The notes under the pieces were generated by a model that had not been told where the DNA came from, did not search any database, and saw only the letters and a program-made list of their open reading frames with translations. Positions 1-12,609 of a stretch of DNA of 64,000 nucleotides are shown one piece after another. Position 1 is the first letter of the stretch. The number at the start of each line of letters is the position of its first letter. This DNA is from Octopus sinensis (lineage: Eukaryota). Where the stretch lies: assembly GCF_006345805.1 (NCBI RefSeq), contig NC_043020.1, positions 13,454,001 through 13,518,000 on the forward strand, given 5' to 3'. The position numbers and the translations under genes were made by a program.

Positions 1-16
1 ATATTATTATTATTAT

Positions 17-478
17 GTTTTTTCCTTCTTTCTTCAAATTTTCTTCCGTTTCTCGCCGAGTGTTTTCCATACACCTAGGGCAGAGAAGCTCGTTGTATGC
101 ATTCCCAGATTACACACGCAAATTCACAGATAAAATATGTATTTAAAAATTAATAAATAAATTCATGGAGGGATGTTGATTTCACAGCGATAATGCTCTT
201 CTCAGTACATAAGCCGTTCCAGTTAATACGATTTTTTGCACTTCCGGTAGGGATGGTAAGCCTGGAATCATTTTCAAATAGGTTTCAGTACCTTTTTTTA
301 TCATTCCTAGAGATCCTACAATCACTGGTACTGTAGTCGCCTTGAGATGCCACATTTTTTCAATTTTTATTAACAGGTCTTTATATTTACCAAGCTTGTC
401 AAATTCTTTCACCGCTATATTGTGATCGCAAGAAATACACATGTCAATTAATAAACACATCTTTTTTGTCTGATCTTT
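17..478 (-). mobile_element. 5'-truncated R4/Dong-clade non-LTR retrotransposon: end of REL endonuclease ORF (182-460), 3'UTR and (TAA)n tail
   Basis: ORF reads KDQTKKMCLLIDMCISCDHNIAVKEFDKLGKYKDLLIKIEKMWHLKATTVPVIVGSLG...VQKIVLTGTAYVLRRAL, the typical R4/Dong REL C-terminus. (TAA)n lies on both sides (2-15 and 478-498). Confidence 0.9.
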
Positions 479-511
479 ATTATTATTATTATTATTACTA
501 TATATTACTGT

Positions 512-715
512 TAAGGTGGTGAGCTGGCAGAATAATTAGCAAGCCAGTCAAAGATGATCAGCGGCATTTTGTCCGTTTACCCGTTCTGAGTTCAGATTCC
601 ACTGAGGTTGACTTTGCCTTTCATTCCTTTCGGGGCTGATAAATTCAGTCCCAGTGAAACACTGGGATTGATGTAATCAACTAGCCCCCTCTCCCAAAAT
701 TTCAGACCTTAGTGA
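512..715 (+). mobile_element. degenerate tRNA-derived SINE, family B (B2 tail type)
   Basis: ggtggtgagctggcagaa head, B-box gagttcagattcc, gactttgcctttcattcctttcgggg body. Confidence 0.8.
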
Positions 716-720
716 AAAAG

Positions 721-1087
721 ATTATTATTATTATTATTATCATCATCATCATCATCATCATCATTATCATTATTATTATTATCATTATTATCATTATTAT
801 TATTATTATCATTATTATTATTATCATTATCATCATTATTATTATTATTATTATCATTGTTATTATTATCATTGTTATTATTATCATTATTATTATTATC
901 ATTATTATTATTATCATTATCATCATCATTATTATTATTATTATTATTATTATCATTGTTATTATTATCATTATTATTATTATCATTATTATCATTATCA
1001 TCATCATTATTATTATTATTATCATCATTATTATTATTATCATTATCATCATTATTATCATCATTATTATTATTATTATTATTATTG
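721..1087. repeat. (ATT/ATC)n microsatellite
   Basis: Direct reading; source of the poly-Ile/Met ORFs. Confidence 0.97.
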
Positions 1088-1201
1088 GAGTCAATAAAAT
1101 AAGTACCAGTTGAGCACTGGGATCAATATTACCAATTAACCTCCATCCCCAAAATTTCTGGCCTTGTGCCAAAATTTGAAATCATCATCATCATCATCAT
1201 G

Positions 1202-1236
<35 letters not shown>

Positions 1237-1950
1237 CATCAGCATTATTATTAACATTTGTAGAAATTAACTTCAAAGTGAAGAGAAAGAAACGGAGAAA
1301 AAAAAAAACCCATTTCAAACGAAACCTAGAATACTTTTGATAAAACACATAAAATTCCATTTTAAATTATCCATGGTTCTTTCCACTGAAATATTTGTGA
1401 AAACCATAACTTTTAAAAGGAATCGGTTTTGTTTTGTTTTGAAATTCTTATGCGGTTTTTCTTTTTCTATCTTTTTAAAGAGATGTTGGGTATAAGAGCT
1501 GTATTTATTTATTTATTTTGGTTTTTGCTTTTCGTCTTTATAGTATCTTTGAATATCAGCACCAAAGAGAGAGAGAGAGAGAGGTAGTAATGTCAACTGC
1601 CTTCAGACTGGCAATATTAGTTATCCAGAAAATAAATATATCCCTTCATTTTCCCACGCGTCATCTCTTCATATCTGTGACACCTAAACTGTCTTAGCAA
1701 CAGATGATGATTCTGTGAACGTGTGAAACCGTAGACTTACAGGAATGGAGTTGCTTCGGTGTAAGAGAGTTGGCACCATTCCATACCATGGGAAAGGTAT
1801 GATCGCTTGTCTCAGGTTTACCACCTCTCACTACATACATTTTTGAGGGGTGCTGGAGAGTGACCCCTTTTATAAATATGTCTGAGTTCAAATCATGCCG
1901 GGGTTCACTTAGTATTTCATCTTCCGAAACTGAGAAAATAAATACTATAT

Positions 1951-2140
1951 TCATCATCATCATCATCATCGTTTAGCGTCCGCTTTCCATGCTGGCATAG
2001 GTTGGATGGTGCAACTGGGGTCTGGGAAGCCAGAAGGCTGCACCAGGCCCAGTCTGTTTCTACGGCTGGATGCCCTTCCTAACGCCAACCACTCCATGAG
2101 TGTAGTGGGTGCTTTTTACGTGCCACTGGCACAGGGGTGC
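1951..2140 (-). mobile_element. RTE-type 3' tail (family D) with (GAT)n end
   Basis: ggctggatgcccttcctaacgccaacc motif and catcatcatc tail; same tail as the RTE ORF-bearing copy at 35.3-37.2 kb. Confidence 0.85.
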
Positions 2141-2317
2141 CATGGAACAAAAGACACATGTGCATATTAGAGGCACCCCTAATTTGAGCAGCACTTAAAG
2201 ATAAAATGTTTTAAGTACATTAAAGCATGTGACATAGGCCTAAGTTCACATATAGGATCCAGCGTGGGTTGTTTTGAGATTTTTTTCAAGGGTGGGGAAA
2301 TAATCACGTTTCATATA

Positions 2318-2553
2318 CCTATTTCTTTATTACCCACATGGGGCTAAACATAGAGGGGACAAACAAGGACAGACATAGGTATTACGTCGATTACATCGAC
2401 CCCAGTGCGAAACTGATGCTTTATTTATCGACCCCCGAAAGGATGAAAGGCAAAGTCGACTTCGGCGGAATTTGAACTCAGAACATAACGACAGACGAAA
2501 TACCGCTGAGCGTTTCACCTGGCGGGCTAACGTTTCTCCCAGCTCGCTACCTT
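2318..2553 (-). mobile_element. SINE family B1
   Basis: Reverse complement of the B1 consensus; flanked by an aatcacgttt direct repeat (probable TSD). Confidence 0.88.
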
Positions 2554-2656
2554 TGGTATATAAATCACGTTTTATATACCATGAATCACAGTACCAGTAA
2601 TAAGCTGAGGGCCCATTAAAATCACTGTATTTTTTGTGTCACTATAAGAAATCACT

Positions 2657-2694
<38 letters not shown>

Positions 2695-2695
<1 letters not shown>

Positions 2696-2985
2696 GAGTG
2701 TGAGAGCAGTACATGCCATCAAAGGGACACTAGGGTAAAATATACAAAGCCCAGTATACCCATCATGACTACCTCTTTGAAAAGGGTACACCAGGCACAT
2801 GCATCACAAGGGACATGGTCAACTAGTTATGGTCAAACAACTGACAAGCAAATCTGTGATATTGAGCAGAATATTTGCTGTAGCCCACCTTTTATACCAG
2901 GACAAAACAATGTACACCATAACACTTCCAATCAGCTAAGATCAGAAGCCACGAGAGCCACTGCCTGGTACAGCATCAGGGCATT
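2695..2985 (-). mobile_element. family G retroposon fragment (non-coding, TAA-associated)
   Basis: Homologous to 16430-17380 and 23871-24520; bounded by (TTA)n on both sides. Confidence 0.7.
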
Positions 2986-3043
2986 ATTATTATTATTATA
3001 CCATTATATGTATATATGTGTATGTTTGTGTGTGTATGTGTTT

Positions 3044-3250
3044 GTGTGTCTGTGTTTGTCCGCCCAACATCGCTTGACAACCAATGCTGGTGTGTTTACG
3101 TCCCCGTAACTTAGCAGTTCGGCAAAAAGAGACCGCTAGAATAAGTACTAGGCTTACAAAGAATAAGTCCTGGGGTCAATTTGCTCGAGTAAAAAGGTGG
3201 TGCTCCAGCATGGCCACAGTCAAAATGACTGAAACAAGTGAAAGAGTAAG
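3044..3250 (+). mobile_element. SINE family A, 3' half
   Basis: Matches the A tail: gatagaataagtact...ggtgctccagcatggcc...gactgaaacaagt. Confidence 0.88.
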
Positions 3251-3286
3251 AAAAAAAGAACAGATTCAGTGTATCAAACTCTGAAG

Positions 3287-4262
3287 CAACGGTTCTCGAC
3301 TGTTTTTTTTTTTTACCTATGGACCCCTTTGATTACTATTTTACCCTGGTGGAACCCCATAGCTATTCAATATTTAAAAAAATAGTCTTATAGATATTTC
3401 TTGAAACATTTCTATTTCATTTTGCATACATTCACCTGTGCAGGTAAGACATTAGAGAAAGAAACTGAGTTGTTTCTTACAATAAATACATCTTTAGCAA
3501 AATTTATTTATGAGCCCTTAATATACTACTGAGACCCCCTTTGGTCACAACACAGACCATGGGATTGCACCTCGTCAGTTACCTTCCCAGGCACAAGTCC
3601 GGGTAAGGACTGGCAATATTAGTTATCCAGAAAATAAATATATCCCTTCATTTTCCCACGCGTCATCTCTTCATATCTGTCATCTCTTCATATCCTACGG
3701 GAAATAACATCATTAGGTGAGACAAGCTGACTGACAGGTGACAGTCATTTAGAAAAAACGCGGGCTAAAACTACGCGCCTTCACTAGTCAGTTAAGGTGA
3801 GACAGTGTCACGTAACAACTTGCTGGGGCTGCCTGCTGACAGGTGATGATCGTTTAGAAAAAGCGCAGGCTAAAACTACGCACCTTCACTAGTCAGTTAT
3901 GGTGAGACAGTGTCACGTGACAACTTGCTGGGGCTGCCTGCTGGAGCCTATGTGACAGGTATTTAAAGGGAGAAGTTTAACAAGACAGTCAGTCACCGGC
4001 TGACACTCACTGACGATACATCAAAGAGGCCAGGGAACAGAAGAAAGAAGACATGCACCCAACACCAGAGCTGAAGACACCTCCGAAACGGGGTGACTCC
4101 GCCACGTCAAAACGGTAGAGGAGTAGGGGCCGAAACCGGACGTGGTTCCTCCTGATGATGTCTTGAGCTAACTGGATCCTATAAAGGAGCTGCTGTGGTA
4201 GCAGACCACGAAACACAGTTGTAATTCCCCCTCCCTATGTGTACCATGGTTGAGAACCACAG
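3287..4262. mobile_element. hAT (Charlie-like) non-autonomous element with nested insertions
   Basis: TIRs caacggttctcgac / ggttgagaaccacag; 8-bp TSD ctctgaag (3279-3286) / ctctaaag (4263-4270). Confidence 0.8.
3731..3940. repeat. 105-bp tandem duplication (2 units) with E-box and TGACAG motifs, followed by a TATA-like tatttaaag
   Basis: Units 3731-3835 and 3836-3940 align closely. Confidence 0.85.
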
Positions 4263-4279
4263 CTCTAAAGTTACTTTAA

Positions 4280-4500
4280 CCCTTTAGTGTTCGTATTATT
4301 CTGCCAAAATTAATCCTTTTTTATCCACATTGTTTTCGACTAATCAGGCATTATCTTGGTGCTATGAGATTTTGACGAGGTAGCTGTTAATTTTTAAAAC
4401 GATATTGTAGGGTTGGTGTGAGAGACCAGATCTGGCCAGTTCGAACATAAAACAGGCAGAATACTTTTGGCCGGATATGGCCGGTTTAAATGCTAAAGGG
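4280..4500. mobile_element. piggyBac-type MITE
   Basis: TTAA at 4276-4279 and 4501-4504; TIR ccctttag...ctaaaggg; second copy at 39300-39521. Confidence 0.9.
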
Positions 4501-4860
4501 TTAAAGATCCTATTACCTATTAAGGTTCTGACTATGTCCACAGTTCTGTAGTTCTGTCTGTGTAGTTCCATGTCTGTGTTGTCTAAGAGAGGCTGTAGTC
4601 TCTGTTGCAGCTGTATAATATCATCCATGCCATCTCCTACACCACCACCACCTTGTAAACTTAGTCTTCTTTCAATCTGTCATACTTACACATCATAAAA
4701 CATTGGCTCCGACTGAAAGAGACTCTCTTTTTTTGGCTGTTCGTTTCGATGACAGCGTCACAGAAACTAACACCAGCTCGCATTATTCACACTTCACATG
4801 CATTCAGCAATGATGCAGCCTTCTGCTTGCTGTCTCTCCTCGCAAACATGCCAGTAATAG

Positions 4861-4861
<1 letters not shown>

Positions 4862-4895
<34 letters not shown>

Positions 4896-4995
4896 TACAC
4901 ACAGACATCTCTGTACATATACATATATATACATATATATATATATACATATATATATACATATATATATATAAATATATATACATATATATATG

Positions 4996-5045
<50 letters not shown>

Positions 5046-6375
5046 AACACACATCATTACATGCATTTTCAATGAGAGAAGGGGGGACAACATCCTTGCA
5101 AATATCCGTGCATACTCACACGCATACATGCACAACACACACATACACATACATAGTTCATGTATACACATCATGAAGACAAAGACCAATGCATATGTAC
5201 ACAGGCACACACACACATACACACACACACACATGTCTATATAATGCATATTTACAAATGCACACACTCTTCAAAACACACTCACATGCACAACCATGAA
5301 CTCACACACACACACATATACATTCTCTCATACCCACACAAATGCACAGACACACACAAGCTTACACACAAGACATAAGACACACATGTAATGCAAAGAC
5401 ACACACAAACACACACATGAATATATGCATGCAACAGCACACACACTTACATATGCTCACACACTCTCACACACACACACACACATATGCTCACACTCAC
5501 ACACACACATATGCTCACACATGCTCACATATGCTCACCCACTCTCACACACACACACACATATGCTCACACTCACACACACACATATGCTCACACTCAC
5601 ACACACACATATGCTCACACACTCTCACACACACACACACACATATGCTCACACTCACACACACACATATGCTCACACATGCTCACATATGCTCACCCAC
5701 TCTCACACACACACACACATATGCTCACACTCACACACATACATATGCTCACACATGCTCACATATGCTCACCCACTCTCACACACACACACACACATAT
5801 GCTCACACTCACACACACATATGCTCACACATGCTCACATATGCTCACCCACTCTCACACACACACACACATATGCTCACACTCACACACATACATATGC
5901 TCACACATGCTCACATATGCTCACACACTCTCACACACACACACACATATGCTCACACTCACAGACACACATATGCTCACACATGCTCACATATGCTCAC
6001 CCACTCTCACACACACACACACATATGCTCACACTCACACACACACACACATGCTCACATATGCTCACACACTCACACACATGCTCACACACTCACATAT
6101 GCTCACACACTCACACACGCTCACATATGCTCACACACTCACATATGTCCTCACACATACACACATGGTCTCATGCCTGCAAAAATGCTCAGAGACACAC
6201 ACATAAGTTTACACGCATACAAAACATAACACAGAAAAATTATAAACAAGCACACACATATATGCATGTAACAGCACACACACACACAAACACACACACA
6301 CACACACACACACAACACACACACACACAACACACACAAACACAACACACACACACACACACCACACACACACAC
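4862..6375. repeat. (CA)n/(TA)n microsatellites and an ATATGCTCACAC-based satellite (about 5450-6150)
   Basis: Direct reading; source of the His/Thr-rich ORFs. Confidence 0.95.
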
Positions 6376-7029
6376 AGAGGACACAGCCAGTTTGTTTCTG
6401 AAAGTAGACAGGAAATAAGGTGTAAAAGAACCCATGTCTTTGGGTTTTAAGGGTCATTGCACAGAAAGTTTGCATGTCTGAAGAATTCTTGTTCTTGCTA
6501 CCAAAGTCAAACTCCCGTTCTGCCAGTCTTCCCAAGATGCATCTGTTGTCGTCTTCTCGTTAGGAAACGGAATTGTTTTGCCTGTGTGAGTTAGACGTCT
6601 CGAATCTGTCTGTTGACGCTCTGCACCGAGTCAACTTTCTCGGGGTGACGACCTGTCGGTAGTTTTTGGCACCAACAACTTGCCAAAACATGTAGACATT
6701 TGTAACGGCGGTGGTGGGAGTGGCAGGGAGAGGGGTAATGTCGGGGGGGGGGCGGAGAGGGGATGAAGTAAACAGGATTTTTACATCCATTTTATGTTTT
6801 GCGTTTTTATGTTTCGATTTTTTTGTTGTTGTTTTTTTTACCTCTTTTTTGTAATAAAGTATGTGTATGCATATTTCTGTGTGTGTGTGTGTGGTTGTGT
6901 TTGACAATATTAATATAGTATGGTATAATACTTGATATTAAAACAAAATTCAGCAGTTAATAATGTTGCATATTTAAATATAGATATTACGCTGAATTCT
7001 GTCTGATTTATAATGATTGTAGTATTAGA

Positions 7030-8090
7030 TTGAAGGCTAGAGCAATGAGCTGGCAGAACCATTAGCATACCGGGCAAAATGCTAAGCAGCATTTTGTCCA
7101 TCTTTACGTTCTGAGTTCAAATTCTACTAAGGCGCAGGAGTGGCTGTGTGGTAAGTAGCTCGCTAACCAACCACATGGTTCCGGGTTCAGTCCCACTGCG
7201 TGGCATCTTGGGCAAGTGTCTTCTGCCATTGCCCCGGGCCGACCAATGCCTTGTGAGTGGATTTGGTAGACGGAAACTGAAAGAAGCCCGTCATATATAT
7301 GTATATATATATATATATGTGTTTTGTGTGTCTGTGTTTGTCCCCCTAGCATTGCTTGACAACCGATGCTGGTGTGTTTACGTCCCCGTCACTTAGTGGT
7401 TTGGCAAAAGAGACCGATAGAATAAGTACTGGGCTTACAAAGAATAAGTTCCGGGGTCGATTTGCTCGACTAAAGGCGGTGCTCCAGCATGGCCGCAGTC
7501 AAATGACTGAAACGAGTAAAAGAGTAAGGTCTACTCTGCCTTTCAGCCTTTCAGAATCAATAAAATATGTACCAGTTGAACAATGGGGTCGATGTAATTG
7601 AGTTACGCACCTCTCCAAAATTGTTGGTCTTGTGCCAAAATCTGCAACCAATATTGTGGTGAAGGCTAGGGCAGTAACCTGGCAGAATCGTTAGTGTGTT
7701 GAGCAAAATGCTTGGTGGCGTTTCGTCTGTGTTTACATTTCTGAGTTCGAATTCCTCCGAGGTCAGCTTTGTCTTTTATCCTGTTGGGACTTAATAGAAT
7801 AGGTAGCAGCTGAGCAATGTAATTGACTTAACCCTTCCTCCCTCCACAAAATTGTTGGTCTGGTGCCAAAAATTTTAAACCAATATTATAATGAAGGTTA
7901 GGTGGTGTGCTGGCAGAATCATTACTGCGCAGGGCAAAATGCATTGCGACATTTCATGTCTTTGCATTCTGAGTTCAAATACAACTTCGCCTTAAATTCT
8001 TTTGCGGGGTTGATAAAGTAAGTACCAGTCGACTTACCTCCCCCCCAAAAAAAAATTGCAGGCCTTGTACCAAAGTATCAAACCAGTATT
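7030..8090 (+). mobile_element. three diverged B2 SINEs in tandem, the first interrupted by an A SINE
   Basis: Each has a B head and a gtgccaaa tail; units are separated by a shared aaccaatatt..tgaagg(c/t)tag spacer. Confidence 0.8.
7131..7527 (+). mobile_element. SINE family A, full length (tRNA-like head, CORE-like ttgggcaagtg segment, internal (TA)n, LINE-like tail)
   Basis: A box tggctgtgtggt, B box ggttcagtcc; about 15 near-identical copies in the window. Confidence 0.93.
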
Positions 8091-8118
8091 GTAGTGAAAG
8101 TTGCGTGTTAGAGTTAGT

Positions 8119-8630
8119 GGTGTGTTGCGACCCCCTTTGGTCATGAATGACCATGGGATTGCACCTAGAAAGTTACTCTCCGAGGCACAAGTCTGGGAAA
8201 GGTTGTCTATGGAAGACAAGTAGTTGCCCGTGCATACCACCTTACCCTCTCCACGCCAAGGGAAAGGCAAAGGCCAAGGCCAATACAGCTTGGCACCAGT
8301 GACGTCATAGCTCATTTATTAACGTGCAAGTGGCTGAGCACTCCACAGACACATGTACCCTTAATGTAGTTCCCGGGAAGATTCAGCATGACACAGAGTG
8401 TGACAAGGCTGGCCCTTTGAAATACAGGTACAACAGAAACAGGAAGAAAGAGTGAGAGAAAGTTGTGGTGAAAGAGTACAGTAGGGTTCACCACCATCCC
8501 CTGCCAGAGCCTCGTGGAGCTTTAGGTGTTTTCGCTGAATAAACACTCACAATGCCCGGTCTGGGAATCGAAACCGTGATCCTATGACTGCGAGTCTGCT
8601 GCCCTAACCACTGGGCCATTGCGCCTCCAC
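8119..8630 (-). mobile_element. chimeric SINE: family C head and body fused to family F body and tail
   Basis: A single 9-bp TSD agagttagt (8110-8118, 8631-8639) encloses both parts. Confidence 0.85.
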
Positions 8631-8696
8631 AGAGTTAGTAGTATTACACTAAAAATTGTACGGTTATATTTAGTTGTATTAGTTGTGTGGCCAAGT

Positions 8697-8990
8697 TAGT
8701 GTGATATATATTTCTTTACTGCCCACAAGTGGCTATACATAGAGGGGACAAACAAGGACAGACAAAGGATTAAGTTGATTACATCGACCCCAGTGCGTAA
8801 CTGCTACTTAATTTATCGACCCTGAAAGGATGAAAGTTAGTGTGATATATATTTCTTTACTGCCCACAGGGGGCTAAACATAGAGGGGACATACAAGGAC
8901 AGACAAAGGATTAAGTCGATTACATCGTCCCCAGTGCGTAACTGCTACTTAATTTATCGACCCCAAAAGGATGAAATTTAGTGTGATATA
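8697..8990 (-). mobile_element. two tandem 5'-truncated B1 SINE halves (local duplication)
   Basis: ttagtgtgatata occurs three times; both units share the private variant actgctactt. Confidence 0.88.
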
Positions 8991-9457
8991 AAGGAGACTT
9001 GGCTGTTGTTTTTAACAGGTTGAATGACCACATAGAGGCCCTTTATCATCAGCTCATCTTTGCTCCAGTCTCGCCACAACTTTTAATACCTTGCATCATA
9101 AATCTCTTCACAACATCTGTAAAGTTGCCAGAAATTGCCAACCGAATTCATTTTTTTTTTTTTTTTTTTGGATTTTCTTCAAATTTTTTTTTTCTTTCTT
9201 TCTTTTAGTAATGCATGAAGACTTTTAGTGAGAAGGAGAGAGAGGACGATTGATTAATTGAGTGTTTCCTCATTGAAAAAGAAAAAAGAAAATTATATAC
9301 ACCCCGTCCTTCTCTCATTCTATCAGCCCAGATATTTTAAAATAACATCTGTTAATTCTTCTCTATTACATGATACCAAATGCAATCCATTTGCTCATCC
9401 AGTTTCTTGGGTTTGATTTTTTTATTATTTATTTATTTTATTTTATTTATTATTTAT

Positions 9458-9494
<37 letters not shown>

Positions 9495-9699
9495 TTTATT
9501 TTTTTTTGAAGATGTCTTCAGGCGGTTTTGTGCCGCCATTTAAGCTTTTAATATCGGTAGCGCTGTTCCTTTAGCATTAGCAGAACTGTATCAGTATTAT
9601 TAATGGAACCATATTTGTTTGTTGGTTTTGTTGGCTTTTGGGGAGTGGGGAGGAAGTGGGTAGGAAGGGATCATATGAGATCTACTTCAACCCCTTTTT

Positions 9700-10610
9700 G
9701 CCTTTGCATGTGTCTGTCTGTCTGTCTATCTATCTATCTGTCTGTCTCTGTGTATCTATCTATGACTGTTTCTATCTGTCTATCTGTCTCTATGTATGTA
9801 TGTATGTATGTATGTCTTTATTTCTCCATCTACCTGTCTCTCTATTCATATCTATCTATCCCTTTCTATCAATCTATTTATATCTATCTATCCTTTTCTA
9901 TCTATCTATTCATATCTATCTATCCCTTTCTATCTATCTATTCATATCTATCTATCCCTTTCTATCTATCTATTCATATCAATCCCTTTCTATATATCTA
10001 TTCATATCTATCTATCCCTTTCTATCTATCTATCTATTCATATCTCTCTATCCCTTTCTATCTATCTATTCATATCTATCAATCCCTTTCTATCTATCTA
10101 TCCATATCTATCTATCCCTTTCTATCTATCTATTCATATCTATCTATCCCTTTCTATCTATCCTTTCTATCTATCTATCCATATCTATCTATCCCTTTCT
10201 ATCTATCTATTCATATCTATCTATCCCTTTCTATCTATCCCTTTCTATCTATCTATTCATATCTATCTATCCCTTTCTATCTATCTATTCATATCTATCT
10301 ATCCCTTTCTATCTATCTATTCATATCTATCTATCCCTTTCTATCTATCTATTCATATCTATCTATCTATTCATATCTATCTATCCCTTTCTATCTATCC
10401 TTTTCTATCTATCTATTCATATCTATCTATCCCTTTCTATCTATCTATTCATATCTATCTATCCCTTTCTATCTATCTATTCATATCTATCTATCCCTTT
10501 CTATCTATCTATTCATATCTATCTATCTATTCATATCTATCTATCCCTTTCTATCTGTCTATTCGTATCTATCTATCTCTTTCTATGTATCTATTCATAT
10601 CTATCTGAGT
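9700..10610. repeat. (TCTA)n-derived ~28-bp satellite (tctatctattcatatctatctatccctt)
   Basis: Direct reading. Confidence 0.95.
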
Positions 10611-10769
10611 TAGGTATCTGAGTTAGGTAGCAATCAGCCCCTTTCGCTATCATTCCCAGGGCACCTATGACAACAGGTATTGTTTTAGTCTTCAGGTTTT
10701 ATTATTATTATTATTATTATTTAAAACAGTTTGATTTGGTCCCATGCAATTTTAAGTTTCATAATGTCT

Positions 10770-11220
10770 ACTTATGAAGACCTGTTGAGGCAAGTGAAAA
10801 TCAAAATCGATCAACATCAATGGAAATTGTAGCTGTGATACCAGTGCCTGTGGTACGTAAGAGAACCATCCGAACGTGGCTGTTGCCAGCGCCGCCCCGA
10901 CTAGCCTCATGCCGGTGGCACGTAAAAAGCATCATCCGATCGTGGCCGTTGCCAGCTTCACTCGACCCCCGTGCCGGTGGCACGTGAAAAGCACCATCCG
11001 ATTGTGGCCGCTTGCCAGTCTCACCTGGCCCCTGTGTCGGTGGCACGCAAAAGCACCCACTACACTCATGGAGTGGTTGGCGTTAGGAAGGGCATCCAGC
11101 CGTAGAAACATTGCCAGATTAGACTGGGCCTTGTGCAGCCTTCTGGCTTCCCAGACCCCAGTTGAACTGTCCAACCCATGCTAGCATGGAAAACGGACAC
11201 CAAACAATGATGATGATGAA
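10770..11220 (+). mobile_element. RTE LINE 3' end (family D) with four internal ~60-bp repeats
   Basis: Starts at the ORF-end motif gaagacctgttgaggcaagtgaa; four gtgg(c/t)acg(t/c)...a(a/g)c units; (GAT)n tail. Confidence 0.85.
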
Positions 11221-12255
11221 TATCTTACGGAAACCTAGCTCACTGGACTCAGTTAGCCGAGAAGCCCAACAAGCTAAGCTTCTGGAAGAAGTCTACGAAA
11301 CTTCACATTGCATTTGGCTGGCTCAAACTGTTTTGAATAATACATGTAACTGCTACTAAATGTATTGAGTGCTTCTTTTTTTTTGTTTTTGTCCACTCAC
11401 TCGTGTGTGTGTGTGTGTGTATAGAGACTGTCTTAGCTTTATAACAGGTACCCCATGTCATGAGAGATAACTAAAATAGTTTTTATGAGGAAGGGCATCT
11501 GGCTACAGAACCCTGCCTCAGAAAATCCATCCAGCTTATACCAATATGAGGAAATAGACATAAAGCGATGATGGTGATGATGATGAGGAGGAGGAGGAGG
11601 AGAGCTGTGGGTATCAATGACCCAGCAGTGCTATTTGTGGTTACATGATACATAGTTTCACATCTTGTTCTAAGACATCTGCCAAACCAGATGGTTGTGT
11701 TATGGCAGTATTTCACAGTTCTTCTTTCTCCAAAACCTCTTTATCCCCGGTTTTGTAATCCATGCTTAAAGCAACCTTGAAACTATCCTTTGTCTGCTTT
11801 TAAAGAACGCTTTCGACATTCACTAAAGTTGCCTTGAAATCTTTCTTTTCCTCTGAGAATGAATAAAAAAATATCTTTGGCAAGATTTTTCCCTTTCTCC
11901 TATGAAAAATGCAACATCTAGTCAATAACTCAGCTCATTTAGAAGGGGAAAATGGCAAGAGACATTTAAGAGTTGTAATAATTCATAATTCTTTTTCTAT
12001 AGACAGAATTCATTTTTGAATATCATCCAGATTTTGTAATTGATGCAAAGAATATTCTTCACTCATTTATCTTGGGTGTTGAAGCACAGTAATGGGCAGA
12101 GCATTAGAATGACAGAACCATATTCTGGTCAGAGATCGATTTGCTTTTACCAATATATTTTTTTTTTTTTTGATTTTTGATTTTTCCAGTTTCAGCTCAT
12201 GAGCTGTGGCCATGCTGGGGCACCGCCATATATTTTACTAATATATTCTGTCTTT

Positions 12256-12595
12256 CACTTGTTTCAGTCATAAGACTGTGGCCATGCTGGGGCACTACCT
12301 TGAAGAATTTTTAGTCAAATGAATTGAATGCAGTACTTATTTTTTAAAGCTTGGTACTTATTCTATCAGTCCTTTTTGCCAAACCGCTTAGTCATGGGGA
12401 TGTAAACACACCAACACCAGTTGTCAAGCAGTGGTGGGGGACAAATAAACACACACACACACACACACACAGACATATACGCGGCAGGCTTCTTTCAGTT
12501 TCTATCTTCCAAGTTCACTCACAAGGCTTTGGTTGGCCCAAGGCTATAATAGAAGATACTGAAAGTGCCATTCAATAGGAATGAACATGGAACCA
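12256..12595 (-). mobile_element. older SINE family A copy, partial
   Basis: Reverse-complement A tail and body. Confidence 0.8.
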
Positions 12596-12609
12596 TACAT
12601 ATATATATA

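Noticed and set aside
1741-1850. Candidate exon (splice-like signals on both strands)
   Set aside because: Acceptors are weak, there is no recognisable peptide, and both strands are equally plausible, as expected by chance.
6440-6720. Repeat-free GC-richer stretch with open frames on the minus strand
   Set aside because: No ATG or splice structure and no recognisable domain.
7131-7527. Assigning families A-F to the published octopus SINE names (OK, OR1, OR2) or to Meta/Nin/CORE superfamilies
   Set aside because: Resemblances are from memory only; alignment to reference consensuses is needed, so neutral labels are used.
9090-9116. 27-nt phase 1-1 micro-exon candidate on the minus strand (DVVKRFMMQG)
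   Set aside because: Too short to distinguish from chance without RNA data.
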